Origin: Myxococcota bacterium | GTDB lineage: Bacteria; Myxococcota_A; UBA9160; JAFDDA01 | Assembly (NCBI GenBank): GCA_965228475.1 | Contig: OZ245817.1 | Location: forward strand, 384,001 to 448,000 | Reading direction: 5' to 3' | Length of the DNA stretch: 64,000 nucleotides | Part shown: in pieces, positions 17,567 through 27,697 of the stretch | Numbering within the stretch: the first letter of the stretch is position 1 | Layout: every line of letters begins with the position of its first letter | Position numbers and translations under genes: made by a program | Notes under the pieces: model-generated | Told to the model about the DNA's origin: nothing | Databases searched by the model: none | The model's input: only the letters and a program-made list of their open reading frames with translations

Positions 17567-18967
17567 TCAGCCTTCCGCGGCGAGTGCGTCGAGGACGCTT
17601 CGCAAGAGGGGTTCGATGCCGTGCAGCGCATCACCCTCGCTCTGCGCGAGCCCCAGACGCACCAGTACCAGACCGGCCGAAGGAACGACGACCACGTACT
17701 GCCCGCTCATGCCGCGCGCCGCGAAGGTGTCCCGAGGAAGACTCGGCCACGGGCGACGGACCGGGTCGTCGGGTTCGCCGCCGTTCGTCCACCAGCCCGC
17801 GCCGTAGCGGCCTTCGGGGGCCGCCGGGGTCGGCGTGCGCGAGTAGGCCACGAAGCCTGGGGGCAGCAAACGGCGTCCGTCGACCACGCCGTCGTCGAGG
17901 AAGACCTGGCCGAAGCGGGCCCAATCGCGCGCGGTGGCGAACATCAACGAGGAGCCGACGAAGCTGCCCGAGGCGTCGGTCTCGAAGACCACGCGGCGCA
18001 TGTGCGCCGGGTCGAAGAAGGCACGGCGGCTCCAGCGCACCATGGCTTCGACATCGTCCGAGAAGGCCTGCCGCAGGATGCGCGCGAGCAGGTTCGAAGT
18101 TCCGCTCGAGTAGGACCAGACGGAGTCGGGCTCGTGGGTGAGCGGGAAACTCGCGGCGAAGGCGCCGCCATCCGGCTCGACGAACAGCATGCGCGAGACG
18201 TCGTTCACTGCACCGTAGTGCTCGTCAAAGGCGAGGCCGCTCGACATGCGCAGCAGCTGGTCGACGGTGATCTCGGCGCGCGGGTCGCCGGCGCCGCGCC
18301 ATTCGGGCACGGGCGCCGGCGCCTCGATCTCGATGCGGCCCTCGTGGGCGGCGACACCGACGAGTGCAGCGAGGACGCTCTTGGCAGCCGACCAGGAGAG
18401 CAGCGGGGTCTCCGCGTCGACGCCCGGCGCGTAGCGCTCGGCGATCAGCCGGCCCCGGTGGGCGACCACCACCGCGAGCGTCTGGCGTCGACGCCCCGGC
18501 ACGTCCTCGGGCTCGGCGAAGGCCGTTTCGATGGCCGTCGCGATCGCGGCGGGCGGCGGCGCTGCGAGGGGCGCTTCGCCGCGGGGCCAGGGTACGTCCC
18601 GGGGAACCGGGTCGGCGTGAGGTGGGTCGCGGAAAGTGCGCAGGGTCGCTTCCTCGACGCCTCGCACGAGGACGCACCCGGTGCCGTCGCGGTGGACGGC
18701 CCGCACGCGTGCCATGCCGGCCGCCGTGGTTTCGATGGCCCGCGCCTCGCGCTGGACCTCGCTTCGAACCAGGGGGGCGAGCGGCCCGATCAGATGGGCG
18801 ACGTAGTCACCTTCGACGAACGCCGGATCGAGCTCCGTGTTGTAGACGAGCCCGCAGGTCACGCGAGCTGCCAGGCCCGCTCCGACCTCGACGGCGACCC
18901 ACGGGCGGAGCCGGACGACCCCGGCGACGAGGAGGGCGGCAACGACGAGTAGGACGAGCCTGCGCAC
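17567..18967 (-). CDS. Serine hydrolase, beta-lactamase class C/esterase family
   Basis: SWSAAKS (SxxK), LLRMSSGL, WSYSSG, ARDWARFG, ARGMSGQ; N-terminal signal/anchor. Confidence 0.9.
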   Translation of the reverse strand: MRRLVLLVVAALLVAGVVRLRPWVAVEVGAGLAARVTCGLVYNTELDPAFVEGDYVAHLIGPLAPLVRSEVQREARAIETTAAGMARVRAVHRDGTGCVLVRGVEEATLRTFRDPPHADPVPRDVPWPRGEAPLAAPPPAAIATAIETAFAEPEDVPGRRRQTLAVVVAHRGRLIAERYAPGVDAETPLLSWSAAKSVLAALVGVAAHEGRIEIEAPAPVPEWRGAGDPRAEITVDQLLRMSSGLAFDEHYGAVNDVSRMLFVEPDGGAFAASFPLTHEPDSVWSYSSGTSNLLARILRQAFSDDVEAMVRWSRRAFFDPAHMRRVVFETDASGSFVGSSLMFATARDWARFGQVFLDDGVVDGRRLLPPGFVAYSRTPTPAAPEGRYGAGWWTNGGEPDDPVRRPWPSLPRDTFAARGMSGQYVVVVPSAGLVLVRLGLAQSEGDALHGIEPLLRSVLDALAAEG

Positions 18968-18992
18968 GAGGGGACCGCGTTGCGGGTGCCCG

Positions 18993-20315
18993 CTACTTCC
19001 GGCTCACCACCACCGGCAGCCGCGTGTAGCCGTTCACGAAGGAGGAGAAGGTGCGCGTCGGCTCCTCCTGCACCTCGATGCGATCGAAGCGCTGGAGGAT
19101 CTCCTCCCAGAGGACGCGCAGCTGCATCTCGGCCAGCCGGCTGCCCATGCAGAAGTGGATGCCGAATCCGAAGGAGAGGTGGCGCACGGCGTTCGGCCGC
19201 TCGATGTCGACGACGTCTGCGTTCTCGAAGACGTCCTCGTCGCGGTTGCCCGAGACGTACCACATGAGCAGCTGGTCGAACTGCCGGATCTTCTTGCCGC
19301 CGAGCTCGGTGTCGCGCGTGGCGGTGCGGCGCATGTAGTTGAGCGGCGTCTGCCAGCGGATGACCTCGGACACCATGTTCTTCATGAGGCCGGGGTCGGC
19401 GACCAGCTTGGCGAACTGGTCGGGGAACCGGTGGGCGAGCGTGTAGACGCTGGCGGACATCGTGTTGCGGGTCGTGTCGTTCCCGCCGACGATGAGCAGC
19501 AGCACGTTGCCGAGATGCTCTGCGGCCGAGAGATCGCGCGTGGCTTCGCCGTGGGCGAGCATCGAGATCAGGTCGTCACCGGGCTTCTCTCGTCGCTCGT
19601 CCCAGAGCCGCGAGAAGTACTGCATGCACTCGAAGAGCTCGGCGCGCTTCTGCTCCATCGATTCGACGACCCCACCGGGCTCCGGGATCGCGAAGACGAT
19701 GTCCGACCAGCGCGTCAGCATGCGGCGATCCTCGAGCGGGAAGTCGAAGAGCGTCGCGAGCATCAGGGTGGTCAGCTCGATCGAGACCGTGTCGACCCAG
19801 TCGAAGGTCTCGCCTTCGGGAAGGGAGTCGAGCACCTGGCAGGTCCGCTCGCGGATCAGGGGCTCGAGCTTGGCGAGGTTCTTCGGCGCGACCGAGGGCC
19901 GCACCGTCTTGCGCTGCTCCGTCTGGGTGGGCGGGTCCTGGGAGATGAACGGGGGGCGCGTGCCGAGGAAGAACTGGGGCTCGGTGCCCGGCCGGAAGCC
20001 CAGCGAGATTCCCTTGGCGGACGAGAAGGTTTCCCAATCCGAGCTCACGGCCTTGATGTCGTCGTACTTCGTGACGGACCAGTACCGGCCGGCCGTCTCG
20101 ATCTCGTTCAGGTGGATGGGATCCTCGCGGCGGAGCCGTTCGAAGTAGCCGTGCCAGCGGTTGTCGCGGAACAGGTGCGCGTTGAAGGGATTGATGTCTT
20201 CGAGGGCGAGCTGATCCGCCGGGGCGACGTCGCGGCCCTTCTCGGCCTGCTCCTGCTCGGGGGTTCGGTAGGTGGGCTGTACGGGCGGGCTCTCTTCCGT
20301 CGCCATCTCGCTCAT
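18993..20315 (-). CDS. Cytochrome P450, CYP153-like
   Basis: YWSVTKYDDI, LLIVGGNDTTRN, EVIRWQTP, MWYVSGNRDE, HLSFGFGIHFCMG heme-Cys motif, all typical of CYP153. Confidence 0.92.
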   Translation of the reverse strand: MSEMATEESPPVQPTYRTPEQEQAEKGRDVAPADQLALEDINPFNAHLFRDNRWHGYFERLRREDPIHLNEIETAGRYWSVTKYDDIKAVSSDWETFSSAKGISLGFRPGTEPQFFLGTRPPFISQDPPTQTEQRKTVRPSVAPKNLAKLEPLIRERTCQVLDSLPEGETFDWVDTVSIELTTLMLATLFDFPLEDRRMLTRWSDIVFAIPEPGGVVESMEQKRAELFECMQYFSRLWDERREKPGDDLISMLAHGEATRDLSAAEHLGNVLLLIVGGNDTTRNTMSASVYTLAHRFPDQFAKLVADPGLMKNMVSEVIRWQTPLNYMRRTATRDTELGGKKIRQFDQLLMWYVSGNRDEDVFENADVVDIERPNAVRHLSFGFGIHFCMGSRLAEMQLRVLWEEILQRFDRIEVQEEPTRTFSSFVNGYTRLPVVVSRK

Positions 20316-20486
20316 CGGTACTCCTCCAGGGGCGGGGCGCGTTCCGGCGCTCGCGGCCCCGGCGCTCGGTCAGGGTACCTCACGGAGTGGGGATCGTCGT
20401 CGAAGAGGGGCGGCGGCGTGGGCCAACGGCACCCCCATCCGCCTCGGAGGCTGTCAGAATGTCCCGAGGCCGGCACCGGGAGGAAC

Positions 20487-21416
20487 GTGGAAGAGCAATC
20501 GTTGATCGTACGGCTCGAGGAGGTCGGCCCGCTGCTGCTCGGCGCGATGGTCGTCTACATCGTCGCCGAAGTGCTCTTCCTGCGCTTTCGCCGCAAGCGC
20601 CTCGACACGCGCGTCGCGCGAATGGCGGGCCTCGGCATCCTCTCGGGCGGGGTGCTCGGCGCCGTGCTCGCGCGCGGTCTCGGCGCGGTCGGGATCCTGG
20701 CGGCGGCCACGGTCGGCGCGTCCTTTTCGCCGATCCAAAGCGACCTCTCCTGGCCGTGGTGGGTCTGGGCCTGGGTGGCGTACGAGTTCTGGTACTGGTT
20801 CATGCACTGGGCCGCCCACAAGGTCCGCTTCCTCTGGTGCATCCACTCACCCCATCACGCGCCGGGCCGGATCGACATGCTGATCGGCGCGAACCACCAC
20901 TGCCTCGAGTCGGTCGTCTACTTCCCGATCTTCCTCGGGTTCATGCCGGCCCTGTGCGGCGTACCGCCGGTCCTCTGCCTCGGGATGAACCTCGTCGACG
21001 TCCTGTGGGGAAGCTTCCTTCACATCAGCGACGAGGTCGTGCCGCGCGGCCGCTACGGCTTTCTCGAGCGCTTCCTGCAGACCCCGTCCCACCACCGCGT
21101 CCACCACGCGAAGAACGTCCGCTACATGGACACCAACTACAACTCGATCACCCTTCTCTGGGATTATCTGATGGGGACGCTCCAGCCGCTTCGCGAGAAG
21201 GAGCCCGTGCGCTTCGGGATCACGCGGGAGGTCGACACCGGAAGCTTCTGGGACGTGCACTTCGGCGAGTTCCGCCTGCTCGCGCGGGACGTCGCCCGAG
21301 CGGAGACCTTCCGCGATCGTCTCGGCTACCTGCTCCGCCCTCCGGGCTGGTCGCCCGGGGACGACTCGAAGACCGCGGCCGCCCAGAAGCGCGCGGCGGG
21401 GCTTCTCGGAGCATGA
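20487..21416 (+). CDS. Sterol desaturase/fatty-acid hydroxylase family (alkylglycerol monooxygenase-like)
   Basis: His boxes HWAAH, HSPHH, TPSHHRVHH; MDTNY...LWDYLMGT; RPPGWSP; GGAGG RBS before GTG. Confidence 0.88.
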   Translation: MEEQSLIVRLEEVGPLLLGAMVVYIVAEVLFLRFRRKRLDTRVARMAGLGILSGGVLGAVLARGLGAVGILAAATVGASFSPIQSDLSWPWWVWAWVAYEFWYWFMHWAAHKVRFLWCIHSPHHAPGRIDMLIGANHHCLESVVYFPIFLGFMPALCGVPPVLCLGMNLVDVLWGSFLHISDEVVPRGRYGFLERFLQTPSHHRVHHAKNVRYMDTNYNSITLLWDYLMGTLQPLREKEPVRFGITREVDTGSFWDVHFGEFRLLARDVARAETFRDRLGYLLRPPGWSPGDDSKTAAAQKRAAGLLGA

Positions 21417-22930
21417 CGGATCGCCCCCGGCGCAGCGCGTTCGCGCGAGCGTTCAAGGGTGTTTCGACGGCGATCGGCTCCGCCCTGCTCGCCGTTCTGT
21501 TCCTGGGTGTCTTGCTCGGCGGGCTTCGCACGGCCTGGGTGCTCGCCTTCCCCGCGCATCCGGATGCGCCGCGCGCAGAGGAGAAGGAGCGCTACCTCGC
21601 GAGCCTCCCGGCACGGCCCGTCGCCGGTGCGCCGAACTTCATCGTCGTCTTCTTCGACGACCTCGGGTATGGCGACCTCTCGAGCTACGGGAACCGGCTC
21701 ATCGAGACGCCGCGCATCGACGCGCTCGCCGAGGACGGTGTCCGGCTCACACACTTCTATGCGGCCGCGCCGGTCTGCACGCCCTCGCGCGCGGCGCTCC
21801 TCACGGGCCGCCATGCCTTCCGCTCGGGCTCCCACGTCCAGGTGTTCTTTCCCGAAGGGAGCTTCGTCGGGACGCTGCGGCGGGTGCTCGGCCTTCAGAA
21901 CGAGATCGCTGCGGACGAGATCCTGCTGCCCGAGGCGCTCGGCCGGGCCGGCTATGCGACGGGAATGGTCGGCAAGTGGCACCTCGGCGAGCGGGAGGGG
22001 CATCGCCCAAACGATCTCGGCTTCGACTTCTTCTACGGCGTCCAATGGAGCAACGACATGCTCCCGCTCCACGTCTACCGGGATCGAGAGATCGAGGAGC
22101 GCGACACGACGGAGCTCGCCGTCTCCGCCTTCGGCTACCGGCACGAGGACATGCCCTTGGCCCGGAAGGGTGTGGACCAGGCGACGCTGACGGCGCGCTA
22201 CACGGACGAAGCCATCGCGTTCATCGAGCGAACGCAGGACGCCCCCTTCTTCCTGTACTTCTCGCACACCTTCCCGCACGTTCCGCACTTCGCCTCGGCC
22301 GAGCAGGCGGGGCGCTCGCGGGGCGGCCTCTACGGCGACGTCGTCGTGGATCTCGATCGCAGCGTCGGGCGGCTCCTCGACGCCCTCGACCGGCTCGATC
22401 TGGCTGGGAACACCGTCGTTGTCATCACGAGCGACAACGGTCCGGACTACGGCGGGAGCGCCGGCGGTCTCCGCGGGCGGAAGACGGAGAGCTTCGAAGG
22501 CGGCCAGCGCGTCCCGTTCATCGTGCGCTGGCCCGCAGGGCTTCCGGTCGGAGTCACCCGCGATGCCATGGCGTCGAACCTCGACCTCTTCCCTACGTTC
22601 CTCGGCCTCGCGGGCCTGCCGTTGCCCGAGGATCGGAAGATCGACGGGCGCGGCCTCCTTCCGGTGCTCGAACGCAACGAGCCGACCCACGAGCACCTCT
22701 TCTACTTCTCCGGGATCCTGGGCGGCCTCGAGGCCGTGCGCGGTCCGCGGCTGAAGTGGCTCGCGAACACCGGCGACGTCGGCCGGGAGCGACCGCATCT
22801 GACGGACGTCACGAACGACCCCGAGAATCACGACCTCCACGAGCGCTTCCCGGAGGAAGCCCGCTCCCTCGAAGCCGCCTTCGAGGCCATGAAGCAGGAG
22901 ATCGCCGAGAACCGCCGGGGCTGGCGGTAG
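21413..22930 (+). CDS. Sulfatase (arylsulfatase A-like), N-terminally anchored
   Basis: PNFIVVFFDDLGYGD, CTPSRAALLTGR (CxPxR formylglycine motif), GKWHLG, SDNG, EGGQRVP; ATGA overlap with the upstream gene. Confidence 0.95.
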   Translation: MTDRPRRSAFARAFKGVSTAIGSALLAVLFLGVLLGGLRTAWVLAFPAHPDAPRAEEKERYLASLPARPVAGAPNFIVVFFDDLGYGDLSSYGNRLIETPRIDALAEDGVRLTHFYAAAPVCTPSRAALLTGRHAFRSGSHVQVFFPEGSFVGTLRRVLGLQNEIAADEILLPEALGRAGYATGMVGKWHLGEREGHRPNDLGFDFFYGVQWSNDMLPLHVYRDREIEERDTTELAVSAFGYRHEDMPLARKGVDQATLTARYTDEAIAFIERTQDAPFFLYFSHTFPHVPHFASAEQAGRSRGGLYGDVVVDLDRSVGRLLDALDRLDLAGNTVVVITSDNGPDYGGSAGGLRGRKTESFEGGQRVPFIVRWPAGLPVGVTRDAMASNLDLFPTFLGLAGLPLPEDRKIDGRGLLPVLERNEPTHEHLFYFSGILGGLEAVRGPRLKWLANTGDVGRERPHLTDVTNDPENHDLHERFPEEARSLEAAFEAMKQEIAENRRGWR

Positions 22931-23040
22931 GGGTCCGCCTGGCGCGGCTCTCCGTGGGCCCGACTCAAGCCATCCTCCGGTCGGGACGATCTCCAGGCAG
23001 GTTCGATCCGATTCGGGATTTAGGGCTTCGGAGGTCCGTG

Positions 23041-23595
23041 ATGAAGGCGATATCGACCGCTCTGGCGCTGCTGGCCGTCGCCGCCGTAACGGTGGGCGCG
23101 AGCCACATCCACCTTCACAACCAGCTCGTCGCGCTCGACGTCGATGCCGAGGCGCAGTGGAAGCAGGTCGAGAACCAGCTCGCGCGCCAGCACGAGCTCC
23201 TGCCCAAGCTCGCGACCGTGGCCCAGCGCTATGTCGAGCACGAGCGGGAGGTCCTGGATTCGCTCTTCGCTGCCCGCAAGGACTACGCCGCAGGCGGCCC
23301 GCAAAGCCGGCCGGCGCTGGCGAGCGATCTCGATGGTGCGCTGGTGGAGGTGCTCGCCCTGGCCGAGGCCTATCCTTCGCTTCGCGCGGACGGCCAGTAC
23401 CGTGATCTCGCCCACGAGATTGCGGGGACCAAGAACCGCATCGCGGTCGAGCGGAAGCGCTACAACGAAGCGGTCGCGAGCCTGAACGCGCGGCTGCGTC
23501 AGATGCCGTGGCGTCTGGCTGCCTCGGGGATCGAGCCGAGGGCGTTCTACGACGCGCCCGCCGAGCAGCTCGTCGAGCCCGAACTCACACTCTAG
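23041..23595 (+). CDS. lemA: LemA family protein
   Basis: N-terminal TM; NQLVALD..AEAQWKQVENQLARQHELLP, AEAYPSLRAD, NRIAVERKRYNEAV. Confidence 0.9.
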   Translation: MKAISTALALLAVAAVTVGASHIHLHNQLVALDVDAEAQWKQVENQLARQHELLPKLATVAQRYVEHEREVLDSLFAARKDYAAGGPQSRPALASDLDGALVEVLALAEAYPSLRADGQYRDLAHEIAGTKNRIAVERKRYNEAVASLNARLRQMPWRLAASGIEPRAFYDAPAEQLVEPELTL

Positions 23596-23597
23596 GC

Positions 23598-25643
23598 GTG
23601 CGACACCTCCTGCTGGTTGCGGCCTCGCTTGCCCTGATCGCGATCCTCGCGGATCGCATCTCATTGGTTCCGTCGTCCGAATCTCCGTCGTCCGAATCTC
23701 CGTCGTCCGAATCGCCATCATCCAGATCAGGAACGGGGATCGCGTCACCCTCGGGCGACATCGAGCAGCTCGCCGGCGAACCCGGCCGGGTCGTCGATCG
23801 CGCGAACGTCCTGGGAAACTACCTGGCCGCGCTCGAGTGGCAGACGGATTCCTGGCACGGCGATCTCGGAATCGACTTTCACGTGGTGACCGTCGCCGAC
23901 TCGGGCAGGAGCGTCAGCGATCTGGCAGCGACGCTGCTGACCGCCCGCAACGTCGGGCGGGAGGCTCCGACTGGGGGGCTCCTGCTCCTGCTCGACCCCG
24001 TTCGACGCGAGGCGCACATCGAGGTCTCCTACGCTCTCGAAGGCGCGCTGCCCGACGCGCTCATCGGACGCCTCGCCGAAGACCAGCTCGCGCCCTACGC
24101 GGCCAGTGCGGCGATCGGAATGGCCGTCGCCGATACGCTGCACCTGCTGAAGGACGTCCTGATCCTCCAGGTTGCCAAGGGGCAGTTCGAGATCGACCCC
24201 GCGTACCGGGGGAGAGCCTCCTTCGCGGCACGGGAGAAGTTCCTCTCTGGCGGTGCGGGCGCGCACGTGGTGATCCCGGACGCGCAGACCCTGGCCGGTC
24301 GGAACCTGAAGGCTCGCGTCCCGGACGCCGAGCGCGGACGCTACGCCCCGTCGACGCAGCCGATTGGCTCCGTCGAACGATTCCTGGCCGTGGCACGCGA
24401 TCTTGCCGGGGATCCGACGCTTCCCCTGTTCACGCCCGGCTCGCAGTGCATGAAGGCCTATTACCCCTTCGCACCCTACGAGCAGATCGAGCGCGCGGCG
24501 CGGCTCGACGCTTCGCGGCCGTGGCAGGTCGAGCAGCAGGGGGACCGCGCGGTGGTTCGATCCGCCGTGCCCGTGCAGGGAGCCGTTCCGGTCCTGCTTC
24601 ACCGGATCGACGGCACCTGGCGCATCGACGAGGTCGAGACCTGGAAGAACCTCTTCTATGACGAACGGGGCGAGTACAACCTGAAGAACCGGAACATGCC
24701 CTACGCCTTCGGGTTTCCTGCCGCCCGTTCGGTCCGTTCACTCGACGTTGCAGCCCATCCGCTCGGAGGGGCACATCCCCAGCGCGTGGTGGACGCGCTC
24801 GTCGAATCGGGTGGCGCGCTCGAACGCTTCCTCGCCGGAGACATCCTCTTCCGCAACTGCTTCCTGCCCGACCCCGCGATCGCCCTCTACGAGCAGGCGA
24901 TCGCCGCATCGGAGGCGCCGATGTTCCTCGAGACCCTCGCGGACCGAGCGGCCTATGTCGGGTTCCGGCAGGCGGCGATTCGCGCCTATCGGAAGCTCGG
25001 CCGTCAGGCCTATGCGAAGCTCGCCTGGCAGGAGCAGGCGGCCGGCCGCGGCGACGTCGCGGAGGCGGTGGCGAGGCGGGCCGTCGAGCAGAATCCCTTC
25101 GATCTGATTTCCCTCGCGACCCTGCAGCGCGCACTCGAGGTCGCGGGGAAGGCCTCCGAAGCCGCGGTCGCCGCGAGAGAGGTCGACCGCGCTCGACGGG
25201 ATCCGCTGCGTCGGCACCTCGGTGTCGAGCTGAAGGTGTCGCCGGAGGCTCCGCGCTACGACATCGGTGAACCTACACGGGTCGGACGCACTCTCGTGTA
25301 TGACCACGCTTACTTCGAGGTGCGCCTGACGAACCGGTCGCGCCGGCCCGTCACCGTGACCCGGCTCCGCCTCGGCACGGCCGGAACCGATTCCCGCAGT
25401 GGGCTCGGAGACATCCGTCACTACTTCGATTGGAGCGCCAGCGGCGGGCCGAACCGGCTCGGTCCGGGCGCTTCGGCTGCGGTCGAGCGCACCTGGGGCT
25501 TCACCGTCGATACCGCCCACGATCAGCTCAGCTACGTCTTCGATCTTTGTTGGCAGGGTGACGGCGACCCGGTGCAATGCCGCGTCGAGCGACTCGACCT
25601 GATCGCGCCCCCGGCTCTACGCCTGGCTTCCGACGGGAGCTAG
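23598..25643 (+). CDS. TPM-domain protein with additional TPR-like and C-terminal beta domains
   Basis: VVDRANVL...GGLLLLLDPVRREAHIEVSYALEGALPD TPM pattern directly after lemA; helical repeats later. Confidence 0.75.
   Translation: MRHLLLVAASLALIAILADRISLVPSSESPSSESPSSESPSSRSGTGIASPSGDIEQLAGEPGRVVDRANVLGNYLAALEWQTDSWHGDLGIDFHVVTVADSGRSVSDLAATLLTARNVGREAPTGGLLLLLDPVRREAHIEVSYALEGALPDALIGRLAEDQLAPYAASAAIGMAVADTLHLLKDVLILQVAKGQFEIDPAYRGRASFAAREKFLSGGAGAHVVIPDAQTLAGRNLKARVPDAERGRYAPSTQPIGSVERFLAVARDLAGDPTLPLFTPGSQCMKAYYPFAPYEQIERAARLDASRPWQVEQQGDRAVVRSAVPVQGAVPVLLHRIDGTWRIDEVETWKNLFYDERGEYNLKNRNMPYAFGFPAARSVRSLDVAAHPLGGAHPQRVVDALVESGGALERFLAGDILFRNCFLPDPAIALYEQAIAASEAPMFLETLADRAAYVGFRQAAIRAYRKLGRQAYAKLAWQEQAAGRGDVAEAVARRAVEQNPFDLISLATLQRALEVAGKASEAAVAAREVDRARRDPLRRHLGVELKVSPEAPRYDIGEPTRVGRTLVYDHAYFEVRLTNRSRRPVTVTRLRLGTAGTDSRSGLGDIRHYFDWSASGGPNRLGPGASAAVERTWGFTVDTAHDQLSYVFDLCWQGDGDPVQCRVERLDLIAPPALRLASDGS
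23670..23729 (+). repeat. 15-bp coding tandem repeat (CCGTCGTCCGAATCT) x3 plus one degenerate unit, encoding PSSES
   Basis: Units at 23670, 23685, 23700 and a degenerate unit at 23715. Confidence 0.85.
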
Positions 25644-25664
25644 GGCCGGCCTGAAGAGATCTGC

Positions 25665-27638
25665 CTAGCTGAGCTCCCCCACCGCACGCCAGGCCTCGTC
25701 GATGGCGGCGTCCATGTAGGCGCGGGCGGCCGCGTCGGAGTTGGCGATGTGGATGCGGCCGAAGGGCCGCCGGCCGACTTCGTGAGGGGCCTCGCCTTCC
25801 GCGTAATCCGGATCGAAGAGCGGGTTGTAGTCGTACGCGTAGCCGTGGGAGTGGCGGTTGACCGTGATGCCGAGGATGTCCTCCGCCGGGTCGAGGCCGC
25901 CGGGGCCGAGCATTCCGGCGAGGTGGGTTCGGGTGCGGCGCTCGATCGTCTCGAAGGAGGTCGCGAGGAGTGCGTAGCGCCCCGCCCGGTGCTGTTCGCG
26001 CGGCGGAAGGCCCGGTGCCGTCGGTACGTGGCCCATGGCGAGCATGATGGGTTGGTCGGGGTCGTTCGCGAATCGGTAGTCGCCCATGCTCACCGGGAAA
26101 TCGACCAACACGTTCTGGTGCCAGCTGCCCGGACAGTGGGCCAGGCCGAGGCGCTGTTTCTTCAGCGCGCGCCAGTTGCGCAGCAGCACGTTCGTGTAGA
26201 CGAGGGGCACCTTGCTCTGGGTCGCCAGGGCGGCCCGCTGGGCCTCGGGGAGCGAGGGGCAGAGGTGCGGAACGATCACGCCGTAGCAGGCGAGGATCAC
26301 GTGCTTCGCGCGGACCTGTTCGGTCGTGCCGCTCCGTACGTAGGTGACGCCGACCTCCTTCGCCGAAGGCATCGGGCCTTCGTGCTCGACGCGCACCACG
26401 GTGCTGTTCAGCCGGATCCGCGTCGGCGCACCGGGTCGATCGAGCTTCGTGTAGTCGAAGTGCGCGGTCACGATGTCCTCGGCGCTGCTTCCGGTCGTCG
26501 CACCGGGGACGAGCCGACGCACCAGGAGCCGTGCGAGAGAAGCACCGCCGTCGGGGAAGTGACCCGTGTAGGGCTCGAGGAACAGGCCGATGCCGCGCCG
26601 CGCGATCCCTGCGAAGTGGCGCAGGCTCGTCAGGTTGGCCCCCGGCATCCCGAAGCCGATGCACCAGGAGGCGGGCAGGGCGTCGATACTGACCCCGAAG
26701 TAAGGTGCAGCCAGGTCCTGGAGAATCTTCAGGACCTGCTCGTTGGTCACGCCGGCGTGGCTCGTCAGGAATTCGCGATAGCTGATGCTTTCCAGAAAGG
26801 ACGGCTCGGAGAAGATGCCGTGGTCCGGGAGCCGATCCTCCGACGCCGTGCTCAGCCGTAGAAGTTCGCGGCGCGCTTCCTCCGAGATCGGCATCCGGCC
26901 GACCGACTCCTCGAGGGAGATGCCGGCCGGCGCCGTGGGGAGGAAGTAGGAGGGGTCGAGGGCGGGGTAGGGAACCGTGCGGTCGGCGCCGAAGGTCTCC
27001 TCGTCGAAGAAGATCGCAGCGGTGAGGCCGTGCCGCCGGTAGAAATCGTGGTCGTAGTACTCGTCGTCGAAGCGGCCGAGGTCGATCGAGAGTTCCGCGA
27101 GCAACCCCTTGGCGACGTCGCTGTAGTCGCCGGGCTGTTCGAAGGACTGCGTGCCGCCGTAGCCGAGGACGGTCCGTCCGCCCACCTGGAACTCGTTGCG
27201 CTTGGCGTGGCCGCCGAAGTCGTCGTGGTTGTCGAGCAAGAGGACGCGCGCATCCGGGTGCTGCTGACGGTAGAAGTAGGCCGCGGAGAGGCCGCTGATG
27301 CCGCCGCCGACGACCACGAGATCGTAGACCCCGTCGTCCGGCGCGGAGGCGACGCCCCAATCGGTCTTGCCCTCGCGCGCCAGCGCGTGGGCGACCGGGT
27401 ACGAACCTTCGTGGCTCCCGCGGAGCCCGGTGCGGATCGGCGGGTAGCCGGCCGCGTTCGGCGCGCTCTCGCGTGCGTAGCCGACCGGTCCGGGAGAGGG
27501 CGGGTCTGCGTGCGGCTCGTCGGGGCCGCAGCCGGTTCCGAGCAGGGCTGCGCCGGCGGCCGTGCCGGCGACCCCGTTCAGGAAGTCGCGCCGGGAGATC
27601 TTCCGGTCCATCCCGAGTTCGCGGTCGCGCCGGTTCAT
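25665..27638 (-). CDS. Tat-exported FAD-dependent oxidoreductase, spermidine dehydrogenase (SpdH)-like
   Basis: SRRDFLNG Tat motif, YPPIRTGLRGSHEGS, VVGGGISGL, LDNHDDFGGHAKRNEF, ITVNRHSHGYAY, IANSDA. Confidence 0.88.
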   Translation of the reverse strand: MNRRDRELGMDRKISRRDFLNGVAGTAAGAALLGTGCGPDEPHADPPSPGPVGYARESAPNAAGYPPIRTGLRGSHEGSYPVAHALAREGKTDWGVASAPDDGVYDLVVVGGGISGLSAAYFYRQQHPDARVLLLDNHDDFGGHAKRNEFQVGGRTVLGYGGTQSFEQPGDYSDVAKGLLAELSIDLGRFDDEYYDHDFYRRHGLTAAIFFDEETFGADRTVPYPALDPSYFLPTAPAGISLEESVGRMPISEEARRELLRLSTASEDRLPDHGIFSEPSFLESISYREFLTSHAGVTNEQVLKILQDLAAPYFGVSIDALPASWCIGFGMPGANLTSLRHFAGIARRGIGLFLEPYTGHFPDGGASLARLLVRRLVPGATTGSSAEDIVTAHFDYTKLDRPGAPTRIRLNSTVVRVEHEGPMPSAKEVGVTYVRSGTTEQVRAKHVILACYGVIVPHLCPSLPEAQRAALATQSKVPLVYTNVLLRNWRALKKQRLGLAHCPGSWHQNVLVDFPVSMGDYRFANDPDQPIMLAMGHVPTAPGLPPREQHRAGRYALLATSFETIERRTRTHLAGMLGPGGLDPAEDILGITVNRHSHGYAYDYNPLFDPDYAEGEAPHEVGRRPFGRIHIANSDAAARAYMDAAIDEAWRAVGELS

Positions 27639-27697
27639 GCCAGCGCCTTATACCATGCGCGAAGGTCCGTGGGAGCGGGATGCCTGCCGGCGCGCCG

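Noticed and set aside
22995..23020. GGTTCGATCC resembling a tRNA T-loop
   Set aside because: The flanks do not pair into a T-stem and there is no cloverleaf
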